Source of the DNA: an uncultured Candidatus Binatia bacterium
Lineage (GTDB): Bacteria > Desulfobacterota > Binatia > Bin18
Reading direction: 5' to 3'
Assembly: GCA_965200965.1 (NCBI GenBank)
Contig: OZ241744.1
Location: 2,080,001-2,144,000, forward strand
Length of the DNA: 64,000 bases
Shown here piece by piece: positions 1-9,746 of this stretch. Both the position numbers and the translations under genes were made by a program. How positions within the stretch are numbered: position 1 is the first letter of the stretch; each line of letters begins with the position of its first letter. Under the pieces are notes generated by a model. That model searched no databases, was not told the origin of the DNA, and was given only the letters and a program-made list of their open reading frames with translations.

Positions 1-876
1 CAAGCGCTGGCCGTATCTGTGCAGAGACAGCGCGGCCTCTTCGATCTGGGCCAGCCCGCTGTGTAACAGCTCAAGCACCTCGGACAGGCTGTCGTCAAGC
101 CGGGCGCAGTCCTGGAGTTGGCTCAGGATGCGGCCCAGGCGGTCGGTCAGCGCGTCCTCGCCAGAGGCCAGGGCATGTTCACCACCGGCTACGCCCTGCC
201 GCAGCTTTTCGGCGTGCAGCAGCACGGTCTTCTCCTGCCGCAAGCCCTCCTCTTCCCCGGCCCGCAACTCGGCCCGGGCAATTTCGTCGATCTGAAACTG
301 GAGCAGCTCGGCCCGGGCGGCGCGCTCGTGTCTGCCCTCGGTCAGCGTTTGCAGCCGTGACCACGCCTGGCGCAGCAACTCGTAGCGCTGGCGCAGCTCG
401 GCCAGGCGCGAGTCCAGCCCGGCAAACCCATCCAGCAGTGTTTGGGCCGCCTCGGCTTCGAGCAGGCTTTGTTGCTCGTGCTGGCCGTGTAGCTGGAGCA
501 ACTCAACACCCAGCCGGCGCAGCAGACTCACCGTGGTCAGGGCACCGTTGCAGTGTACCCGGCCGCGGCCGGTGTGGGAAATCACCCGGCGGATCAAGAC
601 CTCTTCATCGGCCGGATAGCCGCCGTCTTCCAACAGGCGGGCGATACCTCGGTCTGGATAGTCATGAATATCGAACAGCGCCTCAACCACCGCCTCTTGG
701 GCTTTGTGGCGAACCAGCTCGGCCGAGGCCCGCCCGCCAACCACCAGGCTGAGCGCCTGCATCAGCAGACTTTTGCCTGCCCCAGTCTCTCCGGTGATGA
801 CATTCAGCCCAGGCTCAAAGGACAGCTCGAGCTCATCAATCAGGGCAAAATTCCTAATGTGCAGAGAACGCAGCAT
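1..876 (-). CDS. recN: DNA repair protein RecN (5' part; runs off window start)
   Basis: Not in the ORF track. The reverse strand from ATG 876 reads MLRSLHIRNFALIDELELSFEPGLNVITGETGAGKS...LLQLHGQHEQQSLL, which has the RecN Walker A and HGQH motifs. Confidence 0.95.
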   Translation of the reverse strand, partial: MLRSLHIRNFALIDELELSFEPGLNVITGETGAGKSLLMQALSLVVGGRASAELVRHKAQEAVVEALFDIHDYPDRGIARLLEDGGYPADEEVLIRRVISHTGRGRVHCNGALTTVSLLRRLGVELLQLHGQHEQQSLLEAEAAQTLLDGFAGLDSRLAELRQRYELLRQAWSRLQTLTEGRHERAARAELLQFQIDEIARAELRAGEEEGLRQEKTVLLHAEKLRQGVAGGEHALASGEDALTDRLGRILSQLQDCARLDDSLSEVLELLHSGLAQIEEAALSLHRYGQRL

Positions 877-893
877 GGGTCTGACCGCCTGAG

Positions 894-2882
894 CTAAGCA
901 TCCTGCAAACGATCGCTCAGAATTTTTGCGATATTCAGAAAAATCTTGGCCCCAGTGCGTGGATAGCGGCGCTGCAGGTGGGACAAAAAGCGCTCATCAA
1001 CAACAATCACCTCAACATCCTCAGCCGCAATCACATCGGCTGTGCGTTCCCGGCGGCGGATCAAACCCATCTCGCCAAACACATCACCCCGGCCGTGGAC
1101 CCGAATGTGTCTCTTGTCGCCGTTGGTGCGGACATACACATCGGCCGTGCCCTTGACCAGGACAAACATCTCCTTGCCCATGTCCCCACGCCGAATAATC
1201 GGCCGGCCACGCGGAAACGTTTTCAACTCGCCCATCAGGGTGACCAGCTTGGCCTGAAAGGGCCGCAGCCCGGCAAACAGATGCTCGGGATTGTCCCAGA
1301 ATGTGCTCTGGACGCCGGGCACCGGGGCTTGGATCATCTCCCCCTCGGGCGAGACAATAAGGTCGCCATCGCCGCCGGACTGGGTGCCGCGGTCAAGCAG
1401 CTCACAGTAATCGACAAAGGATACCGTCTTGTCCACCCCGGGCTGGGCATCCATATACAGTTGTAAGTCTTTGATGCGCCGTAGCGTCTCCCAGCGGTTG
1501 GTGCTGTTTGGGCCGTCGCCGTCAATAGCAACATAAAACGCCATGCTGCCGACCAGATACTCGTTGATCGCGTCGGTGGCCCGACGAATGGGGTCGTCTG
1601 GACGAAAAAAAGACTGAAAGTTGGAGTCAACCCGAACAGCAGCCGTCTGCCACACCGATACCCCGGCAATCAGCCCGCCCAGGATCAGAATGATCCGGCG
1701 ACGGCGAATGTCAAAATACCCCAGCCGGCGCAGAGCGGCACCGATGTGCGCCAAGCGTACTCCAGGCCGAGACTCACCGCCGACCGGCAGGGGCAGCAGA
1801 ACCAGCCCGGCCGGCACGAGGAGCAGCGACAGACCGCCGGCCAGCGTAATGCCAACGGCCGAGAACAGCCCCATGTGGTGGGTGCTGACAATCGAGTTGA
1901 TCGACAGGGATAAAAAACCCAACACCGTGGTCAGAGCGGTCAGGCAGATCGGGGGGCCAGCTAAACGCAGGGTCCCTGAGACCGCCTCGCGGACGCTGCG
2001 GTCCGGGCCGGCCAACTCGTAGTACTCGGCCACGACATGCAGCGAGTAGGCGGTGCCGAGCACCAGCAGCAGCAGCGGCAGGGCCATACTGCCCAGGCTC
2101 AGCCGATTGCCGCTCAGCACAATAATTCCCAGCGTCCAGGTCAGGCTGACCACCACCGTCAACACTGGCAGCACGACCCCCCGCTTGGAGCGAAAGCTGA
2201 GGTATAAGACAACGACGATCAACACCAGGGTCAGGGGGACAAAACGGGCCAGGTCTTGCTGCATGGCGGTTGTTGAGTAGACCTTGAGGTAGGGCAGACC
2301 GGTATAATACATGCGCTCAGGATCGCGCTCTTGGTCAAGCAGGGCGACGACCTTGTCATCAATCCCCAGCCGTAAGAACTCGTCGTCGTTCATCTCGGCA
2401 AAAACGATGTTAATGGCGGCGGCCCGGCCGTCGGGCGCGACCAGATTTTTGAGATACATCGGCCGGTCGGCCAGGGTGTCTCTGAGGGCCGCCAGTTCAG
2501 CCGGGGTAGTCGGAATCCGGGGCATCAGCAGCGGCGGGTCAAGCACATTGGCAATCGGATCAACCGCATTGGCCAGGCTGCTTACGTCATCCACGCCTTC
2601 AATGGCCTTGATCCGCTTGCTCAGGCGGACGATTTTTTTCAGGGTCTCAGGGGTGTAGATGGTATCGGCAATAATGCCTACCACCCCGATCTCGTCGCTG
2701 CCGAACAGGTGGCGAATCTCGGCGTAATACTGCGAGTCGGTATTGTCGCCGGGCAGCAGGCTCTCAATCGAACTGTCGAGTTGAATGTGTCGCGCAGACC
2801 AGCCGAAAAAGCCGGTCAGAAGCAGAATCAGGCCCAGGGTCAGCTTCGGTCTGTCCACGATCAGGCCGTACACATGTTCCAT
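894..2882 (-). CDS. MMPL/RND-family membrane protein with C-terminal cyclic-nucleotide-binding domain; second TM bundle apparently missing
   Basis: N-terminal TM, periplasmic domain and TM bundle (YSLH, LTTVLGFLSL); C-terminus with GDVFGEMGLI...RTADV cNMP motif. Confidence 0.8.
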   Translation of the reverse strand: MEHVYGLIVDRPKLTLGLILLLTGFFGWSARHIQLDSSIESLLPGDNTDSQYYAEIRHLFGSDEIGVVGIIADTIYTPETLKKIVRLSKRIKAIEGVDDVSSLANAVDPIANVLDPPLLMPRIPTTPAELAALRDTLADRPMYLKNLVAPDGRAAAINIVFAEMNDDEFLRLGIDDKVVALLDQERDPERMYYTGLPYLKVYSTTAMQQDLARFVPLTLVLIVVVLYLSFRSKRGVVLPVLTVVVSLTWTLGIIVLSGNRLSLGSMALPLLLLVLGTAYSLHVVAEYYELAGPDRSVREAVSGTLRLAGPPICLTALTTVLGFLSLSINSIVSTHHMGLFSAVGITLAGGLSLLLVPAGLVLLPLPVGGESRPGVRLAHIGAALRRLGYFDIRRRRIILILGGLIAGVSVWQTAAVRVDSNFQSFFRPDDPIRRATDAINEYLVGSMAFYVAIDGDGPNSTNRWETLRRIKDLQLYMDAQPGVDKTVSFVDYCELLDRGTQSGGDGDLIVSPEGEMIQAPVPGVQSTFWDNPEHLFAGLRPFQAKLVTLMGELKTFPRGRPIIRRGDMGKEMFVLVKGTADVYVRTNGDKRHIRVHGRGDVFGEMGLIRRRERTADVIAAEDVEVIVVDERFLSHLQRRYPRTGAKIFLNIAKILSDRLQDA

Positions 2883-2981
2883 CTTCTCAGGCCATATCCC
2901 TCTTCTGGAACAGAGCTGCCGGGAGATGAAACGCCTGGGCTTATGTTCCTAGGGGCACACCTCCGGGCGACAGGGGTGCCT

Positions 2982-3848
2982 CTATCGCTCGCCCCAGCGC
3001 AGCTTGTTGCGAAGCACATCAAAATAGGTCCGATGGGGGGATTTAATCAAAGACACGGTGATGTCAGAACGGGTCATGCTCACCCGGTCACCGCCCCTGA
3101 GCGGGAGGCCCTCTTGGCCGTCCAGGGTCATGATGACATCTTCTTCCGCGGTTTGCAGGATGATGTGGATATCGGTGTGATCGGACAGAATAATCGGCCG
3201 GTTGGTGAGGGTATGGGGACAGATCGGGGTCAGGACGACCACACGAACGGCCGGGTCAATAATCGGGCCGCCGGCCGAGAGGGAATAAGCGGTCGAACCG
3301 GTCGGCGTGGCAACGATCAGGCCGTCGGCTTTGTAGGTACACAGATATTGCTGATCGACCCAGGTTTCGAGGTCAAGGATACGGGCCAGCGCGCCTTTGT
3401 TAATCACCACATCGTTCAGGACCTGGAAGACACCGACCGGTTCGTTGTCGCGCGTCAGCGTCGTTTGCAGCAGGCTGCGCCGCTCAACCTCAAAATCTCC
3501 CTCCAACACCCGCTCCAGGGTAGCCAGGAGTTCATCGGTCGTTGTTTCGGTCAGAAAACCCAGATCGCCCAGATTGACCCCCAGAATCGGGACCTCACGC
3601 TGATTGGTCCGCCGGGCAACGCTCAGGAGCGTGCCGTCGCCGCCGAGCACAATAGCCAAGTCTGCGCGCTCCATGATCTCGACCTTGCGCCAGCCCCGGC
3701 TGAGGCCAATCTCATGGCTGGTGTTGTCCTCGGCCCAAATGGTCTTGTCGCGCTGCTGGAGCCAGGCCACCACCTCACGGCCGAGCGCGGCGACTTCTGG
3801 CTGATTGCGTTTGATGACCAGCCCGATGTTTTTCCCGATGGTTTGCAT
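2982..3848 (-). CDS. nadK: NAD kinase
   Basis: GGDGT, NDVV and DGLIVATPTGSTAYSLSAGGP motifs; start taken at MQTIGKNIG. Confidence 0.95.
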   Translation of the reverse strand: MQTIGKNIGLVIKRNQPEVAALGREVVAWLQQRDKTIWAEDNTSHEIGLSRGWRKVEIMERADLAIVLGGDGTLLSVARRTNQREVPILGVNLGDLGFLTETTTDELLATLERVLEGDFEVERRSLLQTTLTRDNEPVGVFQVLNDVVINKGALARILDLETWVDQQYLCTYKADGLIVATPTGSTAYSLSAGGPIIDPAVRVVVLTPICPHTLTNRPIILSDHTDIHIILQTAEEDVIMTLDGQEGLPLRGGDRVSMTRSDITVSLIKSPHRTYFDVLRNKLRWGER

Positions 3849-3926
3849 ATCCGCCGCGGCCTCAGGACCGTCAAGATGGGGCAGCCCCTGGCTGCTTTTC
3901 TGCCCGCCCAGCGTATAATAACCGAT

Positions 3927-5267
3927 ATGCCGACACAGCACCCGGACCTGTTTGCCCATAGTGCCGCAAAGGCGACGGCCGAAAAAGCCCCTTTGGCCGA
4001 ACGGATGCGCCCCCGCACGATTGACGAGTATGTGGGCCAGGCGCAGCTGCTCGGTCCGGGTCGCGTGTTGCGCCAGATGATCGAAGGCCGCAGCCTGTCG
4101 TCGCTGATTCTGTGGGGCCCGCCCGGCAGCGGGAAAACCAGCTTGGCCAATCTCCTCGTCAGGACGGTCGGCGCGCCGTTTGCATCGTTCTCTGCCGTGT
4201 TGTCGGGGGTGAAGGACCTGCGCCAGGTTCTCGACCAGGCCCGGTACCAGCAACAGATGCACGCCACCCCGACAGTTGTGTTTGTGGACGAAATCCACCG
4301 CTTCAACAAATCCCAGCAGGACGCATTTTTACCCCACGTCGAACAGGGCTTGATCATCCTGCTGGGCGCAACAACCGAAAACCCGTCGTTTGAAGTGATC
4401 CCCCCGCTCTTGTCCCGGGCCCGGGTGCTGGTGCTTGAAGCACTCGGCCCGGGCGATCTGCAAACCATCCTGACCCGCGCCCTGCAAGACACCGAGCGCG
4501 GCCTGGGCGACCTCGGCCTGAGCGCCGATGTGGCGAGTCTCACCTTTCTGGTCCAGCACAGTCAGGGCGACGCCCGGATTGCGCTCGGCAGCCTCGAAGC
4601 AGCGGCCGGTCTGGCCGTGCAGAAACGGCTCAGCCGGCTCGACCTGAGCCTGGTTGAGGAAGCCGCACAGCACAAAGCGCTGCGCTACGACAAGGGTGGC
4701 GAAGAGCACTACAACGTCATTTCGGCGTTTATCAAAAGCCTGCGCGGGAGCGATCCAGACGCGGCCGTGTACTGGCTGATGCGGATGCTGGAGGCCGGCG
4801 AAGACCCGCTCTTTATTGTCCGGCGGATGGTCATCTTTGCCGCCGAAGATGTCGGCAACGCCGACCCCCAGGCGCTCTCCTTGGCCCTTGCAGCAAAAGA
4901 CGCGGTGCATTTTGTCGGTCTGCCCGAGGCCCGCATCCCGCTCGCCCAGGCCGCCACCTATCTGGCCACCGCACCAAAATCAAACGCTTCGTATGCGGCT
5001 ATGAAGGCTGCACTTAGCGATGTCCAACAGCACGGCCCCCTCCCGGTACCGCTCCACCTGCGGAATGCCCCGAGCAAACTGATGCGCGGTCTGGGCTACG
5101 GCAAAGGCTATCAGTACGCCCACGATCATGCCGATGCAGTCATTGACCAGCAACATCTGCCCGACGCCCTGACCGAGCAACGCTATTACCACCCCAGCGA
5201 CAGAGGTCACGAAAAGACGATTCAGCAACGGATGGACGAGCGAGCACGACGCCGCCAGGGTGAATGA
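3927..5267 (+). CDS. rarA: Replication-associated recombination protein A (MgsA AAA+ ATPase)
   Basis: APLAERMRP, GPPGSGKT, DEIHRFNKSQQD and SAFIKSLRGSDPDAA motifs. Confidence 0.95.
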   Translation: MPTQHPDLFAHSAAKATAEKAPLAERMRPRTIDEYVGQAQLLGPGRVLRQMIEGRSLSSLILWGPPGSGKTSLANLLVRTVGAPFASFSAVLSGVKDLRQVLDQARYQQQMHATPTVVFVDEIHRFNKSQQDAFLPHVEQGLIILLGATTENPSFEVIPPLLSRARVLVLEALGPGDLQTILTRALQDTERGLGDLGLSADVASLTFLVQHSQGDARIALGSLEAAAGLAVQKRLSRLDLSLVEEAAQHKALRYDKGGEEHYNVISAFIKSLRGSDPDAAVYWLMRMLEAGEDPLFIVRRMVIFAAEDVGNADPQALSLALAAKDAVHFVGLPEARIPLAQAATYLATAPKSNASYAAMKAALSDVQQHGPLPVPLHLRNAPSKLMRGLGYGKGYQYAHDHADAVIDQQHLPDALTEQRYYHPSDRGHEKTIQQRMDERARRRQGE

Positions 5268-5337
5268 TGAACTCTTCTTGATATCAGCCACCATCGCCCC
5301 CCTTGAAAACGCCACAGGTGAAAAGAAGGAGAAGCCC

Positions 5338-6492
5338 ATGCCTGCCCCCCAAGCTTTTACGATCGACATTCCCGAGGCCGCCCTGACCGACTTGCGTCAG
5401 CGCCTCAAGCAAGTCCGCTGGCCGCCAGGAGAAATCCCCGGCTCAGACTGGGACTATGGGGCAAACATGGCCTCTATCAAACAGCTCGTTGAGTATTGGC
5501 GGACCGAGTATGACTGGCGCGCCCAGGAACAGCGCATCAACCAGTGGCCGCACTTTACCGTCAGCCTGGACGGCCAGCAGATCCATTTCATGCACATCAA
5601 AGGCAAGGGGCCCAAGCCGCTGCCGCTGATTATCTCGCACGGCTGGCCCGGATCATTTTATGAGTTTATGGAGGTGGTCGGACCGCTCAGCGACCCCGCG
5701 GCCCACGGCGGGGACCCGGCCGACGCCTTTGATCTGGTCGTGCCGTCGCTGCCCGGCTACGGCTTTTCGGCTCCGACCCAGCAGCGGCGGGTCAATATCA
5801 GGTGCATGGCCGACTGGTTTGCCAAGCTGATGGGCGAGGTGTTGGGCTATCGTCGCTACGCGGCCCAGGGCGGCGACTGGGGGGCTCTGGTCACGTCCCG
5901 CTTGGGCTTTGCCTATCCCCACAACCTGGTCGGCATTCATCTCAATATGGTCGGCATCGCCCCCCATCCGGCCAACCGCCACAATTTGTCTGAGGCCGAG
6001 CAGGCGTGGCTCAAGGAGATGGACGGCTGGCGACGCGAAGAAACCGGCTACCAGGCTATTCAGGGCACAAAGCCGCAGACCCTGGCCTTTGGGCTGAACG
6101 ATTCTCCGGTTGGCCTGTGCGCCTGGATTGTGGAAAAGTTTCGGACCTGGAGCGACTGCGGAGGCAACCCCGAGCGCTCCTACACCAAAGACCAGCTGTT
6201 GACCAATGTCATGATCTACTGGCTGACCCAGACGATTCATTCGTCAACCCGCCTGTATTACGAGGAACGCCACCACCCGTGGCGGCTGGGGCGGGATGAG
6301 CGGGTCGGCGTCCCGACCGGGATCGCCGCCTTTCCCAAGGAGCTGGCCCGACCGCCGCGCGAGTGGGCCGAACGCGCCTACAACGTCACCCATTGGAAGG
6401 ATATGCCGGCCGGCGGACATTTTGCGGCCATGGAAAAACCGGCCCTGTTGATCGACGATATCCGGACCTTTTTTCGCGGGCTGCGCGGCTAG
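5338..6492 (+). CDS. Epoxide hydrolase (alpha/beta hydrolase with EHN domain)
   Basis: HGWPGS, QGGDWG and GGHFAAME motifs; AAGGAG RBS before ATG 5338. Confidence 0.92.
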   Translation: MPAPQAFTIDIPEAALTDLRQRLKQVRWPPGEIPGSDWDYGANMASIKQLVEYWRTEYDWRAQEQRINQWPHFTVSLDGQQIHFMHIKGKGPKPLPLIISHGWPGSFYEFMEVVGPLSDPAAHGGDPADAFDLVVPSLPGYGFSAPTQQRRVNIRCMADWFAKLMGEVLGYRRYAAQGGDWGALVTSRLGFAYPHNLVGIHLNMVGIAPHPANRHNLSEAEQAWLKEMDGWRREETGYQAIQGTKPQTLAFGLNDSPVGLCAWIVEKFRTWSDCGGNPERSYTKDQLLTNVMIYWLTQTIHSSTRLYYEERHHPWRLGRDERVGVPTGIAAFPKELARPPREWAERAYNVTHWKDMPAGGHFAAMEKPALLIDDIRTFFRGLRG

Positions 6493-6500
6493 GGCCGGGT

Positions 6501-7193
6501 ATGGCAATCATTCTGTACGGGGCGCGGACCTCGCCGTTTGTGGAGAAGGTCTATCGCGGGTTGCTGCTCAAAGGGCTGCCGTTTCAACTCCAGCAGCCGC
6601 GGCTGCCCTGGGATGTCCGACGCCACAACCCGACCACCGGCAAAATGCCGGCCCTCGATCTTGACGGCAGCCGTCTGTTCGATTCGACCCTGATCCTGCG
6701 GGCGCTGAACGTGTATAAGCCGACGCCCCCCCTTTTGGACGCAGATCCGTCGCTGGCGGTCCAACAGCAGATGCTTGAAGACTGGGCCGACGAGTCGCTG
6801 TACTGGTACGGCATGGCGTTTCGCTGGACGATTCCGGCCAACGCCGCCCGCGCGGTCCGACTCGTTCAACACACCATGCCGACGCTGCTGCGGCCGTTTG
6901 TGCGGCTGATGGCCCCGCGGCTGATCGCCGCCCAGGTTCGGGCCCAAGGAACAGGGCGGCTGCCCATTGAGATTCTCCGGGCCGAACTCGACGGACACTT
7001 GGCCAACTTGGTGTCCATATTGGGACCTGGACCGTTCTTTTGGGGTGTTGAGCGGCCGAGCATGGCTGATTTGGCGATCTTTGGCCAACTCAGCTTTTTA
7101 CGCGCCAAGGGCTCACCCGAGACAAAAGCCGCGCTAGGGCGCTTTCCGGCCCTGCTGGATTTTTACCGCCGCTTAGACCGCCTGACCGCCTGA
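6501..7193 (+). CDS. Glutathione S-transferase family protein
   Basis: SPFVEKV, GKMPAL, DSTLI and SMADLAIFGQL motifs. Confidence 0.85.
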   Translation: MAIILYGARTSPFVEKVYRGLLLKGLPFQLQQPRLPWDVRRHNPTTGKMPALDLDGSRLFDSTLILRALNVYKPTPPLLDADPSLAVQQQMLEDWADESLYWYGMAFRWTIPANAARAVRLVQHTMPTLLRPFVRLMAPRLIAAQVRAQGTGRLPIEILRAELDGHLANLVSILGPGPFFWGVERPSMADLAIFGQLSFLRAKGSPETKAALGRFPALLDFYRRLDRLTA

Positions 7194-7555
7194 TCGTCAA
7201 GCGGAGTGATGGCAAAAGCAAACTTCTCCCTGTACCAGCCGCCGAGCCAGCGCAGAATGCGGGCCAGCCAATACTTACGCAAAAAGCGCGGCAACACCTC
7301 GCTCTCGACCGTTGCCGGGTCAAGCCAGGCCGCCCTTCCGCGCAGCCGAGTGTCACCGATTTGCAGTTCCACCTCGGGTTTGTGGCGCAGATTTTTTACC
7401 CAACTGGCGTCCGAGCCTCGACCCGAGGTGACATAAATGACGCCCTGGCCAACGGCAAACCACACCTTGACCGTATACGGCCGGTTGGTCTTGCGGCCGC
7501 GGACGGTCAGCCTCAGCAGCGAGGTATGGTTGAGCGCGTCCAAATCGGGCGGCAT
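7163..7555 (-). CDS. Deazaflavin (F420)-dependent nitroreductase family protein (DUF385-like)
   Basis: LTVRGRKT and WVKNLRHKPEVEL motifs. Confidence 0.75.
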   Translation of the reverse strand: MPPDLDALNHTSLLRLTVRGRKTNRPYTVKVWFAVGQGVIYVTSGRGSDASWVKNLRHKPEVELQIGDTRLRGRAAWLDPATVESEVLPRFLRKYWLARILRWLGGWYREKFAFAITPLDDQAVRRSKRR

Positions 7556-7572
7556 CCCGGTCTTCTCCTGTT

Positions 7573-8676
7573 CTAGCCCCGCACAAACCGGCCGCCTTGA
7601 CTGGTCAAGCCCCGGGGCTCGATGCTGATTGTCCGCCGGGCTGAGGCAACTGCCGTCCCAAGCCGCCAGGCGCGGCTGCCGTGCTGGGCAGCAAGAGCGA
7701 TGGTGCGCTCCACGTCCGTCTCAGAGACGACCACACCCAAGCCAAGGCCCATGTTGTAGACCTGGAACATCTCGGCATCGCTCAGCTTGCCCAGGTCTTG
7801 CAGAACCGTAAAAATGGCTGGCGGCTCGGGCAGCGCTTCAATCCAAAAACCGACCGGCGCAGCAACCCGGCTCAGATTCAGAAACCCGTCACCGGTGATG
7901 TGCATCAGGGCCTTGACCCGCATCTCGGCCCCTAGCATGGCCCTGACTTCGGGGACATAGACCCGGGTCGGCTCCAGCAATTCCTCACCGACCGTTCGAC
8001 CGCACTCGGGCAGGTACCGCTCCAGGCTGCTCGGTGTATCGGCCCCCAGTACCCGGCGTGCCAGGGTCAGGCCGTTACTGTGAATGCCGCTGCTGGCCAA
8101 GCCGATCAAGGGGTCTCCGGGCTCGATATCCTGGCCGATAATCAGGCGGTCAAGCGCCACCGTGCCGATCGCAGCCCCGGCCAAGTCAAAGCCAGTACCG
8201 ACCTGGGTACCGCGGATCATCTCCCGGAGCTGGGCAATTTCTCCTCCGGCGATGCTGATCCCGGCCAACTCGGCACCGCGATGTAAGCCTTTGCCAAGGG
8301 CGTCAAGCATGTCCGGCCGGACCTCTTCGACGGCCAGATAATCGACAAACGAGACCGGGCTGGCACCAACGCACAACAGGTCGTTGACGTTCATGGCGAT
8401 GCAATCAATGCCGACCGTGTCGTACTTGCCCAGCAACTCGGCCACCAACAGCTTAGTGCCAACCCCATCGGTGGTCAACCCGATCCCCAGGTTCAGACCC
8501 TCAAGCCGGATCACATTGGCAAAATAGCCCAGTGGCAGATGGGGGCGGGCCTGGGGGTTGAAGGCAAACGTCTTCTCGATCCAGGGGCGGAAACGGCTGA
8601 GACCGCTGGCGGCCTTGGCGCTGTCCACGCCGGCGCTGGCGTAGGAAGAACCGGACTGACTGGCTTGATGAGCCAT
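7573..8676 (-). CDS. purM: Phosphoribosylformylglycinamidine cyclo-ligase
   Basis: YASAGVD, TDGVGTK, GGEIA, SSGIHSNG, HITGDG and YNMGLG motifs. Confidence 0.95.
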   Translation of the reverse strand: MAHQASQSGSSYASAGVDSAKAASGLSRFRPWIEKTFAFNPQARPHLPLGYFANVIRLEGLNLGIGLTTDGVGTKLLVAELLGKYDTVGIDCIAMNVNDLLCVGASPVSFVDYLAVEEVRPDMLDALGKGLHRGAELAGISIAGGEIAQLREMIRGTQVGTGFDLAGAAIGTVALDRLIIGQDIEPGDPLIGLASSGIHSNGLTLARRVLGADTPSSLERYLPECGRTVGEELLEPTRVYVPEVRAMLGAEMRVKALMHITGDGFLNLSRVAAPVGFWIEALPEPPAIFTVLQDLGKLSDAEMFQVYNMGLGLGVVVSETDVERTIALAAQHGSRAWRLGTAVASARRTISIEPRGLTSQGGRFVRG

Positions 8677-8685
8677 TGGGTGCGC

Positions 8686-8796
8686 TCAGGCTTTTTCTTT
8701 GGCCGCCTGGTGTCTCAGCTCTTTAATCCGGTGCCTGCGAGCCTTGGCCCGACGCTGGCGACGACGGCGAATTTCTTTGTCGCGTTCCCTGTGCAT
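8686..8796 (-). CDS. Small Arg-rich protein, 36 aa (MHRERDKEIRRRRQRRAKARRHRIKELRHQAAKEKA), DUF6800-like
   Basis: Below the ORF-track cutoff. Strong GAGGAGG RBS before ATG 8796; stop 9 nt before the purM start. Confidence 0.65.
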   Translation of the reverse strand: MHRERDKEIRRRRQRRAKARRHRIKELRHQAAKEKA

Positions 8797-9031
8797 ATTC
8801 CCTCCTCGGGTTGGTCATCGAAGTGCCCCTATAGATAGCGCACTGGTCTCAGGCCGCAAGCGGGTCGGGCCACGGCGGGATATTGCAGCCGGCGGTTTTT
8901 TGCTATAGCATTTTCCTGCTTCGGGTTCCACTGGGAGAATCCGAGAAGATTTCGCCATGTCAACTATCCACTTGGATCCCACCACTTGGATCCCACTTTT
9001 GAGGGGCGGGGATGGAGGAAGGGAGAGAGGT

Positions 9032-9733
9032 GTGTCTGGGGCAGGTGCGCAACTCTTTCGTATCAGAGGGCTGAAGAGCGGACCGACCTTTCTATTTGAT
9101 GACCAGGCCGAGTTTGTAGATATCATTGCCGCGGCCGAGGAAGAGTTGTCGCGGGCAAGCGGATTCTTCCGCAATGCACCGGTCATTCTGCACTTTGGCA
9201 ACCGTCTCATCCAGAAACAGGACTGGCAGCGCTTAAAAGAACTCCTGCTGCGTGAAGAGATGTTGCCACGCTACGCGGTAGCCGCGCTCCAGGAAAGCCG
9301 CGACATCCTGTACCGGGAGGGCCTGCCGGTTCGGGACAGCCTGCCGCGGCTCACCCCTCACGGCCGGCGGGAGGAGCCGGCCGCCCCGAGCGGGAATGCC
9401 CTGTATCTGCGCTGCAACCTGCGCTCCGGCCAGAAACAGACCTTTGCCGGCAATGTCGTTCTGGTCGGCGATATCAATCAGGGGGCCGAAATCCTGGCCG
9501 GCGGCGATGTGATCGTGTTTGGCACGATCCGGGGAATGGTCCACGCCGGGTATCCCGACAATACGGCCGCGGTCATCATCGCGCTCAGCCTGACTCCGCT
9601 CCAACTCCGGATCGGACCGCTTATTGCTCGCGCCGAGGACAACCCCAAGCGCTCACGTCGCGCCCAACAACCAGAACTCGCATACGTCAATGAGGAACAC
9701 ATCATGATCATCCCCTACCAAGGAAAACGATAG
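9032..9733 (+). CDS. minC: Septum site-determining protein MinC (start uncertain; ORF extends to 8957)
   Basis: C-terminal beta-helix LRSGQ...GDINQGAEILAGGDVIVFGTIRGMVHAG; lies upstream of minD. Confidence 0.9.
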   Translation: MSGAGAQLFRIRGLKSGPTFLFDDQAEFVDIIAAAEEELSRASGFFRNAPVILHFGNRLIQKQDWQRLKELLLREEMLPRYAVAALQESRDILYREGLPVRDSLPRLTPHGRREEPAAPSGNALYLRCNLRSGQKQTFAGNVVLVGDINQGAEILAGGDVIVFGTIRGMVHAGYPDNTAAVIIALSLTPLQLRIGPLIARAEDNPKRSRRAQQPELAYVNEEHIMIIPYQGKR

Positions 9734-9746
9734 GAGACAGTATACG

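Noticed and set aside
2709-3926. N-terminal extension of the 852-aa ORF, suggesting a large RarA fusion
   Set aside because: It is the antisense shadow of nadK; RarA similarity begins at ATG 3927. The long N-terminus of the 438-aa nadK ORF is likewise the shadow of rarA.
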